From: Guillardia theta CCMP2712
Lineage: Eukaryota > Protista > Cryptophyta
Reading direction: 5' to 3'
NCBI RefSeq assembly: GCF_000315625.1
Contig: NW_005434632.1
Location: forward strand, 525,122 to 589,121
Length of the DNA: 64,000 bases
Below the pieces are notes generated by a model. It saw nothing but the letters and a program-made list of their open reading frames with translations. It made no database searches and was not told the origin of the DNA. A program made the translations under genes and the position numbers. How positions within the stretch are numbered: the first letter of the stretch is position 1; each line of letters begins with the position of its first letter. Positions 1-11,408 of the stretch are shown here, one piece after another.

Positions 1-877
1 GGTCGTCTCCATCATCCGCGCCCTCCTCATTCCAATGGCACTCAGCTGTGATCAGATCTGGTGCTGCAATCATCAGCGCAACAGCTGCGTAAAATGCGCT
101 TCTGCAGACTGCATAATGCAAAGCATTCCCCTGGTGAACAGTCACTGTTCTTTCCTGTCCATTGTCGTTGATAACCAAACTAAAACTAGCCCTGAGCTCC
201 ATCGCCGAGGCAATCGCTCCGTCAGTGTCCAAAAGGAGACGCCGGATCTCCTCGAAGTTGTTATTTGTTAAAGAAGTTTTGATCGCTTGCATCGCTTCTG
301 ATGCATGACTATCCGGCTCCTGACCATTTTCTATTTCATCCCCTTCCCTTGATGCCATCACAAGCGCTTTCATGATGTTGAGGGCAGTTTTCACCGTGCT
401 CATCTGTATGCTCTGGATCCTTGAAGCTTCTGCTGCAATATCTATGGAACCATCTGTACCTTGCCCTTCCACTAGATGTGTAACGTCATGGCAGGATAAG
501 CAAGTAAACGGCACAGAAAACATCGATCCCGGTTCTAGGTAAATATGATTCCAAAACCTCTCCCCAGTCTGCTTTTGACAGACAAGACACCTCGAACATT
601 CTTCAGTACTGTAGACTGCAGATTCAAGTGTTCTCATGTCATCAACGTCCGTCTCGTCGCCGCAGAGGATTGTCCATGGCTGGCCGAGGAGCTCCGTGTC
701 TTCAAACCCAAACAACTGATTCATCTGCGCAGAAGCATACACAATGGGCGAACCATTCCTGGACATATCAAGCAGAACGAAGGCTGAAGCATCTTGTCCT
801 AGCTCCTCCTCAAGATCGGCTGTCAGATGCTCCCATGCCTCTGCCTCCCCAGCGTTGATGTCATACGCCGGCGCCAT
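1..877 (-). CDS. LOV-derived PAS domain protein with possible ankyrin-like C-terminal part (3'-truncated by the window edge)
   Basis: Hand translation from ATG 877 stays open for 292 codons to the window edge (missed by the ORF track). aa31-133 FVLLDMSRNGSPIVYASAQMNQLFGFEDTELLGQPWTILCGDETD...GERFWNHIYLEP...HDVT aligns with the phototropin LOV2 pattern (FVITD..PIIFAS..EILGRNCRFLQGPETD..GKKFWN). A later GNALHYAV resembles an ankyrin TxLHxA motif. Confidence 0.75.
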   Translation of the reverse strand, partial: MAPAYDINAGEAEAWEHLTADLEEELGQDASAFVLLDMSRNGSPIVYASAQMNQLFGFEDTELLGQPWTILCGDETDVDDMRTLESAVYSTEECSRCLVCQKQTGERFWNHIYLEPGSMFSVPFTCLSCHDVTHLVEGQGTDGSIDIAAEASRIQSIQMSTVKTALNIMKALVMASREGDEIENGQEPDSHASEAMQAIKTSLTNNNFEEIRRLLLDTDGAIASAMELRASFSLVINDNGQERTVTVHQGNALHYAVCRSAFYAAVALMIAAPDLITAECHWNEEGADDGDD

Positions 878-899
878 GCTCGCTCGAGCGCCGCCGCTC

Positions 900-2270
900 T
901 CGCTGACCCCTACCCCCTCACGCTACCCTAAACACCTACCCAGTCAAATCTTTGCACCCTAGCCCCTCTTCCATATTAGCCCAAGGGCTTCCTCTCACCC
1001 CTTGTTTTTCCATAAAAATCACCCACCTCCTAGTATTTGACCCTACCCCTGAGCTGAGAGGTATGTTGTACCCAAGTTTGTCCTGAACAAATGCGGGAAA
1101 ATGATGGTAGGGTCATGACCCCAAGTTATGACTACCCCTGTTTTAGAGATCGATTGCCACCGACGTAAAGTCTCCCCTCTAACCCCCTTGACTACCCCTG
1201 TTGTTCACAGCACCTACCCATCCCTTTACTACCCCCGAACGTCCTTTGTACTACCCCGAATTCCTCTGCAACCCTTGCCAAATTAAACCCCACCCCTCCA
1301 TATCCCTGCAATTGACCCACTGTTCCCAGATTACAACCCCTTCCTGACCCCCGAGGTACAACCCCATGTTATTAAACCTGGAGTACCCCTCCTTCCTATG
1401 CATGACTTTGGGAGAGACCACCCACCCCCTGTATCATGGTCTTCTGTACCACAGAGGACCATTGGAATCTCTTGTTATACTACCCCGTCCATGTTGTTTT
1501 GATCCGGGCCTATCCCTGCTCGGACCCCTCCTAGATCTGCATGACTTGAAGGACCCCTCCCTCCTGGGACCCACCCCCTCATACCCCATTCAAGCAGTCC
1601 AGTTCAAACACGGATGGTACGGTACAGCGCTTCCAGTCATTGCCATAGAGGGGTAGAGGCCATAGGGCCTACACCGAGCCATATAGACTTGGTCCTATAG
1701 ACATGTATACCCCACCCTCAAACAATTTGGAAAACACTGGGTACAGTGATCGTGATATTACCCCACCCCCTGCAAATGATCAGTATAAAATATCTTAATT
1801 TTAAATTGAGTTTTATCTTTATAAAACCCGGGCATTTCGAACCACCCTTACAAACTCTATGTAAAACCACAGTCATGCAGAGGTCTCCGTGACCTGATTT
1901 TTAAAATTAAAAAATGCATTGCCCTCTTTGCTAATTCAAAGGACCCCACCCCTCTTTGGAGCTTTGACAACACCGAGCGATATCCAGACCCCACCCTGAA
2001 CTAAACAAGTTCCGGTAGTCATGACCCCAATACTTGTCCTATGAGGTACCCCGTTATCATCAATACAAGAGTACCCTACCCCTCCTCTGATATCCCTACG
2101 ACGCCCACCTCTGCAATCTGTTTGGAGGCTCAGGTTCGACTCTGACTTCCCGACTACCCTCTCATCAACAGGAGAATCCCTAAACAGGTGGGGTAGTCGG
2201 GTGAAAAGCAGAGGGCAGAAGCTACCAATTAGTAAAATGCTTCCCTCACAGGGCTACTCACATCCAGGGC
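900..2270. promoter_or_regulatory. ACCCC/TACCC motif-dense intergenic domain between divergent genes
   Basis: Dispersed, non-tandem ctacccc/gacccc/aacccc/cacccc words roughly every 20-30 nt, mostly C-rich on +; no credible ORF. Regulatory role is inferred. Confidence 0.45.
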
Positions 2271-2309
2271 AGAGCTATATGAAATAGGCAGCCACTCCCC
2301 TTTATAACG

Positions 2310-2393
2310 CAACGGTTCGTATTGTTGCCCTTCTCTATCGGCACAATTGGTCGGCAATGGGTTGAATCTCAACGGTTCGCATTGTTGCCCTTC
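2310..2393 (+). repeat. 24-bp direct repeat pair (CAACGGTTCG[T/C]ATTGTTGCCCTTC), period 60
   Basis: Copies at 2310-2333 and 2370-2393 with 1 mismatch. Confidence 0.85.
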
Positions 2394-2972
2394 GCTACTT
2401 TTGAACTCCGCGCAACGCCTCTCACGGCACTTGAGTAAAAGTCGCCCGGTAGTGTCGGGCCCGGCTGGACGGGCCGGAGTCCCGGGCCCGGGGCAAGAAG
2501 CAGAATCTTTTTACCGGAAATAGCGCCGCCCGAAGTGGCATGCGCCATTGAGCACTATGCTGTAGCTCGAAGTGCGAATGAGGCAGAGAATTGAGGTCAA
2601 GATGGCGAGACAGACAAGATGATAGAAATGCAGGATGATTGATGGACGGGTGGATTGACGGAAGGACGGAAGGACGGATAGATGGAAGAGATTTGCAACT
2701 GCAGGAGAGCAGGAATTGGATGAGTGAGTGGGGTTGCGGCCAAGAGAAATTAGGTGTGAAGATGGGAAGGTGCTGGAAAAGATGAAGTTATTCGATTTGA
2801 AGTGAGAGGATTGCAATGGATTATGGTAGGATGTATGTACAGAAATTGACAAAGACATGGATAAGAGTCTGAAGCTCCCCACTTGTTAGCCTCCAATACA
2901 GCACCGCTAACGAAGTCTTAGAGACATGACGATGTTCTTTCTGGTCGTGTTTGTTGACATGAAGTTATTCAG

Positions 2973-3278
2973 ATGTTCTCCAACCTTCTTCGCACAACCC
3001 TCAAGGGTGACGACACTCCCATCACCTCCAAGGAGGCTGTACGCATGCTCCTGCCCTGTTACCATGTTTGCTGAAGCAGCAGCAGGCCAAGGTCGCTTCC
3101 CTCAACGGAGCTGGTTTCTTCGATCCCTTCAGCGCCGAGAAGGCCCGACAGGTGATGAGGATGGTTGAGGAGCGGGGAGGAGGAGGAGCGGGGAGGAGGA
3201 GCGTTGTTAGCGCTAACCGCGATGGCAATACAGGGAGCTGACAAGATGAACAACATCATTGCCATGTACACTCGGTAA
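2973..3278 (+). CDS. Spliced microprotein, about 60 aa (MFSNLLRTTLKGDDTPITSKEA-[QQ]AKVASLNGAGFFDPFSAEKARQ-GADKMNNIIAMYTR)
   Basis: Exons 2973-3038, about 3080/3086-3151 and 3234-3278. Both introns are GT-AG and phase 0; gctaac branch site before the last acceptor; strong C-ending codon bias; ends TAA. Confidence 0.6.
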
Positions 3279-3371
3279 ACGCAGTCGGCAGCAAGGGACC
3301 ACGGAAAATTGTAAATCTTTCAACCTGAATCAAAGAGTGCTTGCAACTTGACTGGTGTGTGTACTGGTGTG

Positions 3372-4262
3372 CTACTGTACGACAAGGTGGTACGTTGACC
3401 CCACGCTCTCCTTCATGTCCTCTATCATCAGTAGGGTCGTCTCCCACGCGTTGACCCACCTGCCGTCCTGCTGTCATCGACACGCGTCCTCCTCTCGCCC
3501 CGTACCTTGCCGCATCGTACAGAGCGCTTCCTACCCGATCTTCCGCCACCTTCCGCTTCAGTCGCGTCATGAGATACTCTGATCTTGCTAGACGCACTGC
3601 AATCTGCACGCATCGCCATGTTCAGGAGGGAGGAGGAGGAGGAGGAGGAGGAGAAGGCGCAGCAGCAGCAACAAAAGCAGCAGCGGCAGCAGATGACAAC
3701 AAGTAGATCAAACTCATCATTGACCTCCTCGTAATCCTTGAGGTCTCTCGCTACCATGACACTGGCATGCCCCAGCCCGTTGGCAATGCTTGCTCCTATC
3801 CTGCTTGACATCCTTGTCCCTGCTCCTCGTCACTCGCGAGCACGGCCCCAGCTGCATTTCACCTGGCAGGGTGATGAGGGGTACCCCCGCAAAGAGCGCG
3901 TCAGCAGCCGTGGAGTGAGCGTTGTAGAGGTCCGTGTCCAGCAGGAGGTCAGCTGCACTCTACGAGGGGCTATGAGATTATGGTCACAGAGGAGAGGAGG
4001 AAGAGGAAGGAGGACGGGGGAGTGGGGGATGGGGGATGGGGGATGGGGGACGGGGGACGGGGGATGGATCAGAGTGGAGGTGAGAGGAGGGAGAGCAGGA
4101 GGGACCTTGTACGCCACGTGATCCTTGAGATCGGCGGAACCCGTGAAGAAGAGTCTCCCTTCGTCGATCCCCTGCCTCCTGGCCTCTGCCTTCAGCTGCG
4201 GCTCTGCTCAACTCCATGGTCACTCGAGTTGGGGAGCACCTCAGGAGGAGGACGAGGAAAAG

Positions 4263-4309
<47 letters not shown>

Positions 4310-5084
4310 AATCGCGGCCAGGGGAGAGGCGGAAAGATAGAATGGGGAGCAGGGGTTCGGGAGGAAGAGCGGGAGAGGAGGAGGAGGTCGACAAGGGAGT
4401 GGAGGAGGAGGAGAAGGAGGGTTGCAAGGCACCTGCAGAAGTTCCTTCATTGAGCTTGAGGATCCAAATCTGACTGAATACAAGTAGTGAGAAAAGAAGG
4501 TGAGACAAGGAGGGAGGGAGGGTTTAGGAGAGGAGGGAGAGGGGGGGANNNNNNNNNNNNNNNNNNNNNNNNNNNNNNNNNNNNNNNNNNNNNNNNNNNN
4601 NNNNNNNNNNNNNNNNNNNNNNNNNNNNNNNNNNNNNNNNNNNNNNNNGTAGAGATCGCCAAGGTCGGGGGGGCTGAGAGCAGCAGCGGGAACATGTAAG
4701 ATGGTTTGGAGGAGGCAATATGATATCAGATGGACTAGAGGAGTATGGTATGAGACGATGTTGCTGGAGGGAGTAAGATATGAGGTGATGCAGGGAGTAT
4801 GATGTTGATGGTGTGGAGGAGCGAGTATGATATCAGATGTTGTTGATGCAGATGTTTGTTTGCAACCTTGAAATCTTGTCTGTGGTGATGTACTGAATCT
4901 AGAGCATCATGTCAGTCTGACTTGTCTTCGCAGGCAACAAACGTACAGCCGTCCCCATCAATGAAGATGCGAAGCCAAGAAAGGATATTCTCAGCTTGTC
5001 TGGAAACAAGGCAAACAGCTCCGGTCTCCTGCCAGTCCAGTCTTCAACAAGAGCACGAGCACAAGCACGAGCACGAGCAGGGAC

Positions 5085-5133
<49 letters not shown>

Positions 5134-7588
5134 GGCAGGAGACATTTAAAGAAGAGAGATTGAGGAGGAGAGGAGGAGGAGAGGGAGGGAGGGAAAGGGG
5201 TGGGGGGAGGCGATTACCCATGTTGAGTGTACCCATTCATGTCCACGAGGACGGAAACATCCTCCTCCTCTATCCTGCGGAACTGGAGGCGAACAACTTC
5301 ACCATGATAGACAGGGAGGACAGGCAGGAAAGAGCCTCACTGCAAGTTCGTGCGGGAGGTTTGAGATGTCGATGAAGCTGTCAGATGTCGATCGGATCTT
5401 GTGCTTGATCGCATCCTCCTCCTCCTCCTCGAGCAGGGAGAAACAAACCACGCGGAACCTGCAAGACTTTTCATTAACGACAAGCATCCTCCGCCTCCTC
5501 CTCCTCCTCCTCCTCCTCCTCCTCCCCCTCCTCCTCCTCCTCCTCCTCCTCCAACATTTCACCAACACCACTTCCCATAGCACGACTTCACCTCGCTGAG
5601 TCGTGAAGCCCGGGAACGTTCTGAAACAGCAACGAGACAGGATGCTGACGGAAGTCGGCGCTAACGTATCCTACCGTTATCCTCCGCTTCCTGACTGCGT
5701 CCTCCTGTCTCTGCCCCTTCCCTTTCTCCCTCCCCCCCTCCCGCCCGACCGCTCGCAGGATCCCCTCTGCTGTGAGCTGCACCTGAGCCGCCCTTGCAGC
5801 GTACGCAGAGCAGAGGACGTGGTCGGGGATGGGGTAGACGAGGAGGTAGACGAGGGAGATGGAGGAGGAGAGGAGCGTTCCTTCTCGCATGTCTCGTTTC
5901 ATCCTCTGAGCCACCTTGTCGAAATTCTCGTCCCAGTCCTCCCACCTGCAGAGGTCAACACAAGTCCTCACGTAGCTGTACAGGGCGGAGGACGAGTCTG
6001 GGGCAACCTGCTCTACTTCATCAGCCGCGTCCTCCTTGACTTCCCCTTCGCCTCCTTGCCTCGCTCCCTCGCTCCCTCGCTCCCTCGCTCCCTCGCTCCC
6101 TCGCTCCCTCGCTCCCTCGCTCCCTCCCTCCCTCCTTCCCTCCCCTCCCTCCCCTCCCTCCCCTCCCTCCCCTCCCTCCCTCCATTGGCTGACCTCAAGT
6201 GCTCTACGATAGGAAGCAAGGGCCTGCGGCATGAAGCGAGGGTCCGAGCGGAAGTTGTTGTAGTAGGTCTGACCGAGGTTGATCCAGGCCTCCACGAGAT
6301 CCGGTTTCAGTTCCAGAGCTTTCTTGTACATGCTAATCCTCGTCAAGTAAGGGAGGTGCAGGAGGTGGTGATAGTGGGGCAAGGAACTTGAGCAGGAGGA
6401 ACAGGAGGAGCAGGTGGAAGAGGATGAGCAGGAGGAGCAGGAGGAGCAGGAGGAGAAGCGGCAGCAACAGCAGAAGAAGCAGGAGGAGCAGGAGGAGATG
6501 CAGCAGCACCAGCAGCAGCAGCAGGTTGATCAGCACCTGATAGTCTCCTGCATATTTGTCTTGCTCAAGTCCCCGCTCACCATGTTCACCCATCCCTGAG
6601 CGAAGGAGGGATCCACCTCAACCGACCGCTCCCACTGCTTCAGCGCTTCTTCCTTCCTCCCCAGCTGCGACAGCAGGTGCCCGTACTCGTTGTGCGCGTA
6701 CGCGACCCTGTGTGCTGCCACGTTCTTCCTCGTCTCCTCCTCTTCCACGCACTTCCTGAAGCTCTCCTCCGCCTCCAAAAACCGCCCGAGCGTCCTGAGG
6801 ACCCTCCCCTGCTGGTATAGGAAGGAGAACCGGTCCCCCGTCCTCTTCACCGCTTCTCGGCAGACCCTCAGCGCCTCCTCGTTGTTCCCCTGCTCTTCCA
6901 GCATCAGGATTTCAAGGGTGTACGCCTGCGTCAGCAGCTTTCCCGACCTCCTCGCCTCCTTCACTGCCTTCCTCGCCCCAGCCACGTCCCCCATGCTGTA
7001 GAGAACGTCCGCAAGGTTGTAGTGCGCCTCTGGTACATCTGGCTTGACTCTGATCGCAGCGTTCAGCTTCGCCACTGCCTCCTCCCTCCTGCCCAGGTCC
7101 TTGAGAACGATCCCCCCATTCACCAGCGCCGCTATGTTGTGCTTGTCCAGCAGCAGCCCAGCCTCGTAGGCAGCCAGCGCTTCCACCTTCTTCCCCAGCC
7201 TCTGCTTGCACGACGCCAACAGCAGCTGTCCCATCAAGTTGCTTCTCTCCGCCTTCACCGCCTTCTCCAGCACCTTCTCTGCTCTGTCCGCCTCGTTGGT
7301 ATTCAAATACGCTTCCCCTAGGTAGAACGCCGTCGCAGCGTTCCTCGGGTTCCTCGAGTATGCCACCTTGAGACAGGTCTTGGCCCTGACATAGTCCCCG
7401 TTCTTAGTGAAGCGAACGCCTCGCGCCATGGCCTCGTCATACTCCATCCCCTCGCAGTCTTCGCCTCGCTGCCCGCCATGCGCCCCCTGCAGGTGTTCAC
7501 TAGCCAGGAGCCAGCCAAGGTGAACCAACAGGGCTCCCGCATACAGACCGACCCCCCCACTCCACCACCTCCTCCTCCCCCTCCTCAT
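3372..7588 (-). CDS. TPR-repeat O-GlcNAc transferase (GT41, OGT/SEC-like) with N-terminal hydrophobic segment; multi-exon, spans an N gap
   Basis: Many TPRs (6530-7588), then GT41 motifs in order across exons: LCRWEDWD, ITVGYVSADFRQHPVS, VLVDMNGYTQH, RPELFAL..FLGF, IQYITTD, ADLLLDTDLYNAHSTAADALFAGVPLITLP, MSSRIGAS, RWVNAWE..YHLVVQ* (stop 3372-3374). Confidence 0.85.
4549..4648. other. Assembly gap (100 N) inside the GT41 gene; probably hides exons
   Basis: Run of N. The GT41 segment expected between IQYITTD and IWILKL is not visible. Confidence 0.95.
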
Positions 7589-8827
7589 CAGGAACTTTCT
7601 TGAGAGAAGTCCAACCAAAGTCAGCTTCAGCGTCCTTGTAGCTCTCAGAAATGAATCCTCCTTCTCCTCGACGGATCGTTCCAGTCAAAGTCAAAGTTGC
7701 TCAATGGTTGTCAGGTGATCGCGTATTGCCTCCTTACCCCCCCCCTCACCTACCATCCCACCTTTCTTCTTCCTCAACCCCCATATCCGACCCAAACTTC
7801 TCCTTCCCTCCCTTCCTCTCCCCTCCCCTCTCCTCCCCTCTCGTTTTCCTCCATGCCCTCCATGAAACTTGCCCGACCGCAAGGATTGTTTTTCTTTCTT
7901 TTTCTTTATTTTACACACACACAATATCCTGTGGGTAGGGTAGAAAAGTATAAGGTAATGCACCCACTCAGTAGGGGTCCAATACCATTTATCAAGCTGT
8001 ATAATTGGGGGTACAAGAAACAAATTTATGTAATAGATGGGGTCATGGAAAAAGGGGTGGGGTACTAGAAAGGCAGCCTCTAAAAAAGAAGCAAAGTGCC
8101 GTTGTTGCATGGCGAGCCACCTTGATAGGAAACAGAGGAAAGGAGAAGAGCAGCAGGAGAGGAGCAGAATGATGACGAGATTGGAGGAGAAGATGAATAT
8201 GAGAGGAAGAAATGAAGATTCCAAGTAGAGGAAGTGCACAGAAGAGAAGGAGCAATGTTATAGAGAACATGATGAATAGAACTACGAGAAGGGAAAACGA
8301 GTTCAAAACGAGACCTTTGTGATCGTAGAGACTTGAGGGTTGTATGATGTCGTAGAAAGAGCAGATTGTGATCCATCGTTGAACTCCACCAGGGTCTGTT
8401 TCTCCTTCTGTTCACGTGTCTGTATACTGGTGTGTGTTGGAATGAGAGAGGATAGCATAAAAGTGAACGCATGCAACTTAGCTATTTATACCATTGTTAT
8501 TTCTTTACATCAATCAGGAAATATTCCTATAAGAATGATGACGACAGCACATGTCTAGAATGATGTTAAGTTTTGTTGTCATGAATTTGTCAATGGTTGT
8601 GCAGTGCTGAACATTTATCATCTATCTTCTGACTGACTTGTTTGCGCAAAGCTGAACCTCTGAACATAAAGAGAGACAGACAGGAACAAAAACAGGAACA
8701 GAATCAGCCAAGAGGAACAAGAAGGAAGGACAGAGAGACAGCGAGGGTGACAGGGGCGGAGGAGGGTGTCTTGTAGAAACGTTTCTGTAAGAGGAAAGCG
8801 AAGCTTGTAGCATATTCCTTTGTCATC

Positions 8828-10030
8828 ATGGTCGTTGGAGCAGCCGGAGTTCGGTAAGTAGACCTTGATAATCGTTCGGAGATCAACTGAAGACGAGGAT
8901 CAGGTTGGTAACAGCAGTACTTCCACAAGCCCGCAGCCTCGCTCGACACGCAGCCAAGGTTCGTCTGCTGCTGCTCCTGCTCTTGTTGCTGGCTCGGGCC
9001 TGACGCCATGGCAGCTGGATCAAGCAGCTTCTCATGGACAGGTGAGGCCTTGTCTTGCAGCCTGTGGCTGTGTGTGAAGGGAGAGATTACCTCGAGGACG
9101 GACATGACGGCGACGGGTTGTCATGGTACCTCTCGCTTGTCGGTGCTGCGTTCGTTGGCTTCGGACTAGCTTACGTCATGCAGAAGATGGACTACCGCAG
9201 GTGCTCGAGAGAAGAGAGGGGGGGAAGAGAGAAGAGAGAGGGAGACAGTAGAGGAGGTGAGGGAGGAATTTCCAGCAAGGAGGGAGGGTGAGCACGGGAA
9301 ACAGGATGGATGAAGTGAAGTGATTTGGGCAGGGTGCTCTTCTGTGTCGATCAGTACGTCTCAAGGACGGCAATGAAGTTGCGGTCGCTGTTTGATCGCA
9401 GGTATTGATGATCTCCTCCTCCTCCTCCTCCTCCTCCTCCTCCTCCTCCCAACCACCACCTCCTCCTCCTCCTCCTCCTCTTCCTCCTCGTTCACCTTTG
9501 TACCTGCTCTCCTCTTCTTGGAATCTCATCATCGTCGCAGCTCTTGGAAGCAGAAGCCTCTGCTGGCAGCTTCATCCAGCAGCGTGACTGGCAGCAGCCG
9601 CAGCATCAAAGAGAAGAAGAGGGGAGCAAGAGACTCGGCGGCCTTCAGCTACGTAAAGCAGGTAGGCCGGGAGGAGGGGGAGGAGGGGGATGAGGAAGAG
9701 GAGGATGATATTGAGAGGAGGAGGAGGTCACTGTAGCCGCAGGGGAACGACAGGATGTCAGTCGAACTCTGCCTTGGCTGTGTTGAGACGAACCGGCTGC
9801 TGCGAAAGATTGTGCGTCCTACTGCTGAGAGGGGAGGGGGATGACGGAGTTTGGAACGCACAGGCGAAGGACTCGGGGACGAGCTACGACACCTTTGAGC
9901 CATGCAACTTGTGCAGGTGAGGAGGGGAGATAAGAGAGGGGATGAGGTGGGGGAGGGGGAGGAGGCACGATGGTCTGACGTAACACAAAGGGAGCGAGTG
10001 GCAAGGCTCGCATCGATGAAGCAGACATGA
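8828..10030 (+). CDS. Hypothetical multi-exon single-pass membrane protein with C-terminal CxxC...CxxC; possibly mitochondrial
   Basis: Hand-spliced: MVVGAAGVRLVTAVLPQARSLARHAAK..PVAVCEGRDY..WYLSLVGAAFVGFGLAYVM (TM)..ELCLGCVET..EPCNLCRERVARLASMKQT*, with GT-AG introns. Confidence 0.45.
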
Positions 10031-10138
10031 CACGAGAACACTGGACTAGAAAATCATGGATGAAGAGGAAGAGATTAACGTGATCATGACAACGAGACTT
10101 TCATTGGAGATTTTCCGTGCAGTTTTTCTTTAATGAAC

Positions 10139-11408
10139 TTAATCGAACAGAGAAAAGCCCATGTCTTCCTCCTCCTCAGGCTCTGGCTCGGGTGCCTTAG
10201 CGGCGGCGGCAGGTGCGGCTCCACCTCCAGCAGCAGGTGCGGCAGCAGCAGCGCCTCCTCCATACTTCTCGGGGTTAGCGACCATGTCCTTGATCTCAGC
10301 CTGCAGACTCACGATCAGCAAGAAAGGAGAGCACAAGCACGCAGGAACATGATGGAGGGAGAGGGAGGGAGAGGCCAGGAAGGCAAGGGAGGAAAGGATT
10401 ACCGCGGCAGCGAAGTCGATGTCGGTGGTGAGAGCCAAGGCGACGAGGTTCTTGAAGGCGTTGATGAGGAGGTGAGGGCAGGCAGAGGGCACGGGGTAGC
10501 CGATGCTAAGACCGATGCTGGTGATGCGGCCAATTCCCTGCTGGAAGCACTTGCGGATATCCTCATCGTCGATGTCCAGAACCGAGGGGTCGATGACAGA
10601 CTCGCCGTCAAAGAGCTTGGTCACGATCAAGCCGAACTCGAACGGCTTCAATCCCAACTTGCCCATAAGAACTGCCTCTGAGCTTCCGACCTTCTCGCCC
10701 ACCTTCGCCAACTGAACCTGCTTGATAACTTCGATGTTTCCCTTGGTAATCTTGGTAGCAATACCGAGGGCCTGCGCGGGGATGTGAGCTGGGGGCACAA
10801 GCAGGCCGCATGCTGTCGTACCTGGAAGAAACCAGTCTGGGTGGGCTCGAGAGAGGTGGGTCCAGCCTCGAGGAACACGTCCTTGGGAGCGACGGCGCCA
10901 GCCTTGGCAGCGGCAACGACCTGGAAGGAGGTTAGGAGAAACACTAGTAAGAGGAGAGAAGAGGAGGACAAGGGGAGAGGAGAGAGGGGAGAGGGGAGGG
11001 AAGCGGGGATTAATACCTTGTTCTCCTGAAGGATCGAGCGAACCTTCTTGACGTCGGCGTCGGTGAACACGAGACCGCAGTTGAGCTTCACGAGATCAGC
11101 AAGCCTGTTGAAGGTCGAGTTTCCCGAGGAAGAGGCATAACGTCTGATAACGAATTTGATCATGGTGTTCTTGCCCATGAGGATCTCGGCCTTAGGGTCC
11201 TTGCGGAGCTTGCTGCGAACGATGTGCATCTGCTGTGATCCAACATTGTCCGCACTGATGATGAGAACCTACGACAACCCCGGTAAGCAACAGCATGCGA
11301 TGGTGAGGTGAGCAGAACCTTGGGCAAGGTGGCTAGGAGTGTTTCCAATCGCTCGGCATACTTGAGCTTGCGATCGGAATACACACGACCAGTCTCCTCT
11401 TCAGGCAT
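10139..11408 (-). CDS. RPLP0: 60S acidic ribosomal protein P0 (uL10)
   Basis: [60 protein letters not shown], Ala-rich hinge and terminal EEEEDMGFSLFD; short introns. Confidence 0.97.

Noticed and set aside
2125-2150. GGTTCGACTC T-loop/B-box-like word suggesting a tRNA
   Set aside because: I cannot build a cloverleaf, acceptor stem or A-box. A similar word near 16550 lies inside a CDS.
900-2270. Interstitial telomere repeats
   Set aside because: The ACCCC words are dispersed and heterogeneous, not tandem telomeric units.
2310-2393. CRISPR-like repeat-spacer-repeat geometry (24+36+24)
   Set aside because: Only two repeats, no cas genes, eukaryotic context.
2973-3278. Ejectisin/Tri (Reb-like) identity for the microproteins
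   Set aside because: Neither has the Reb-type VNxQITDxV motif; size alone is not enough.
8080-8813. Possible small minus-strand gene between the GT41 gene and the 8828 gene
   Set aside because: Exon-like patches exist, but I could not establish a unique consistent frame or homology.
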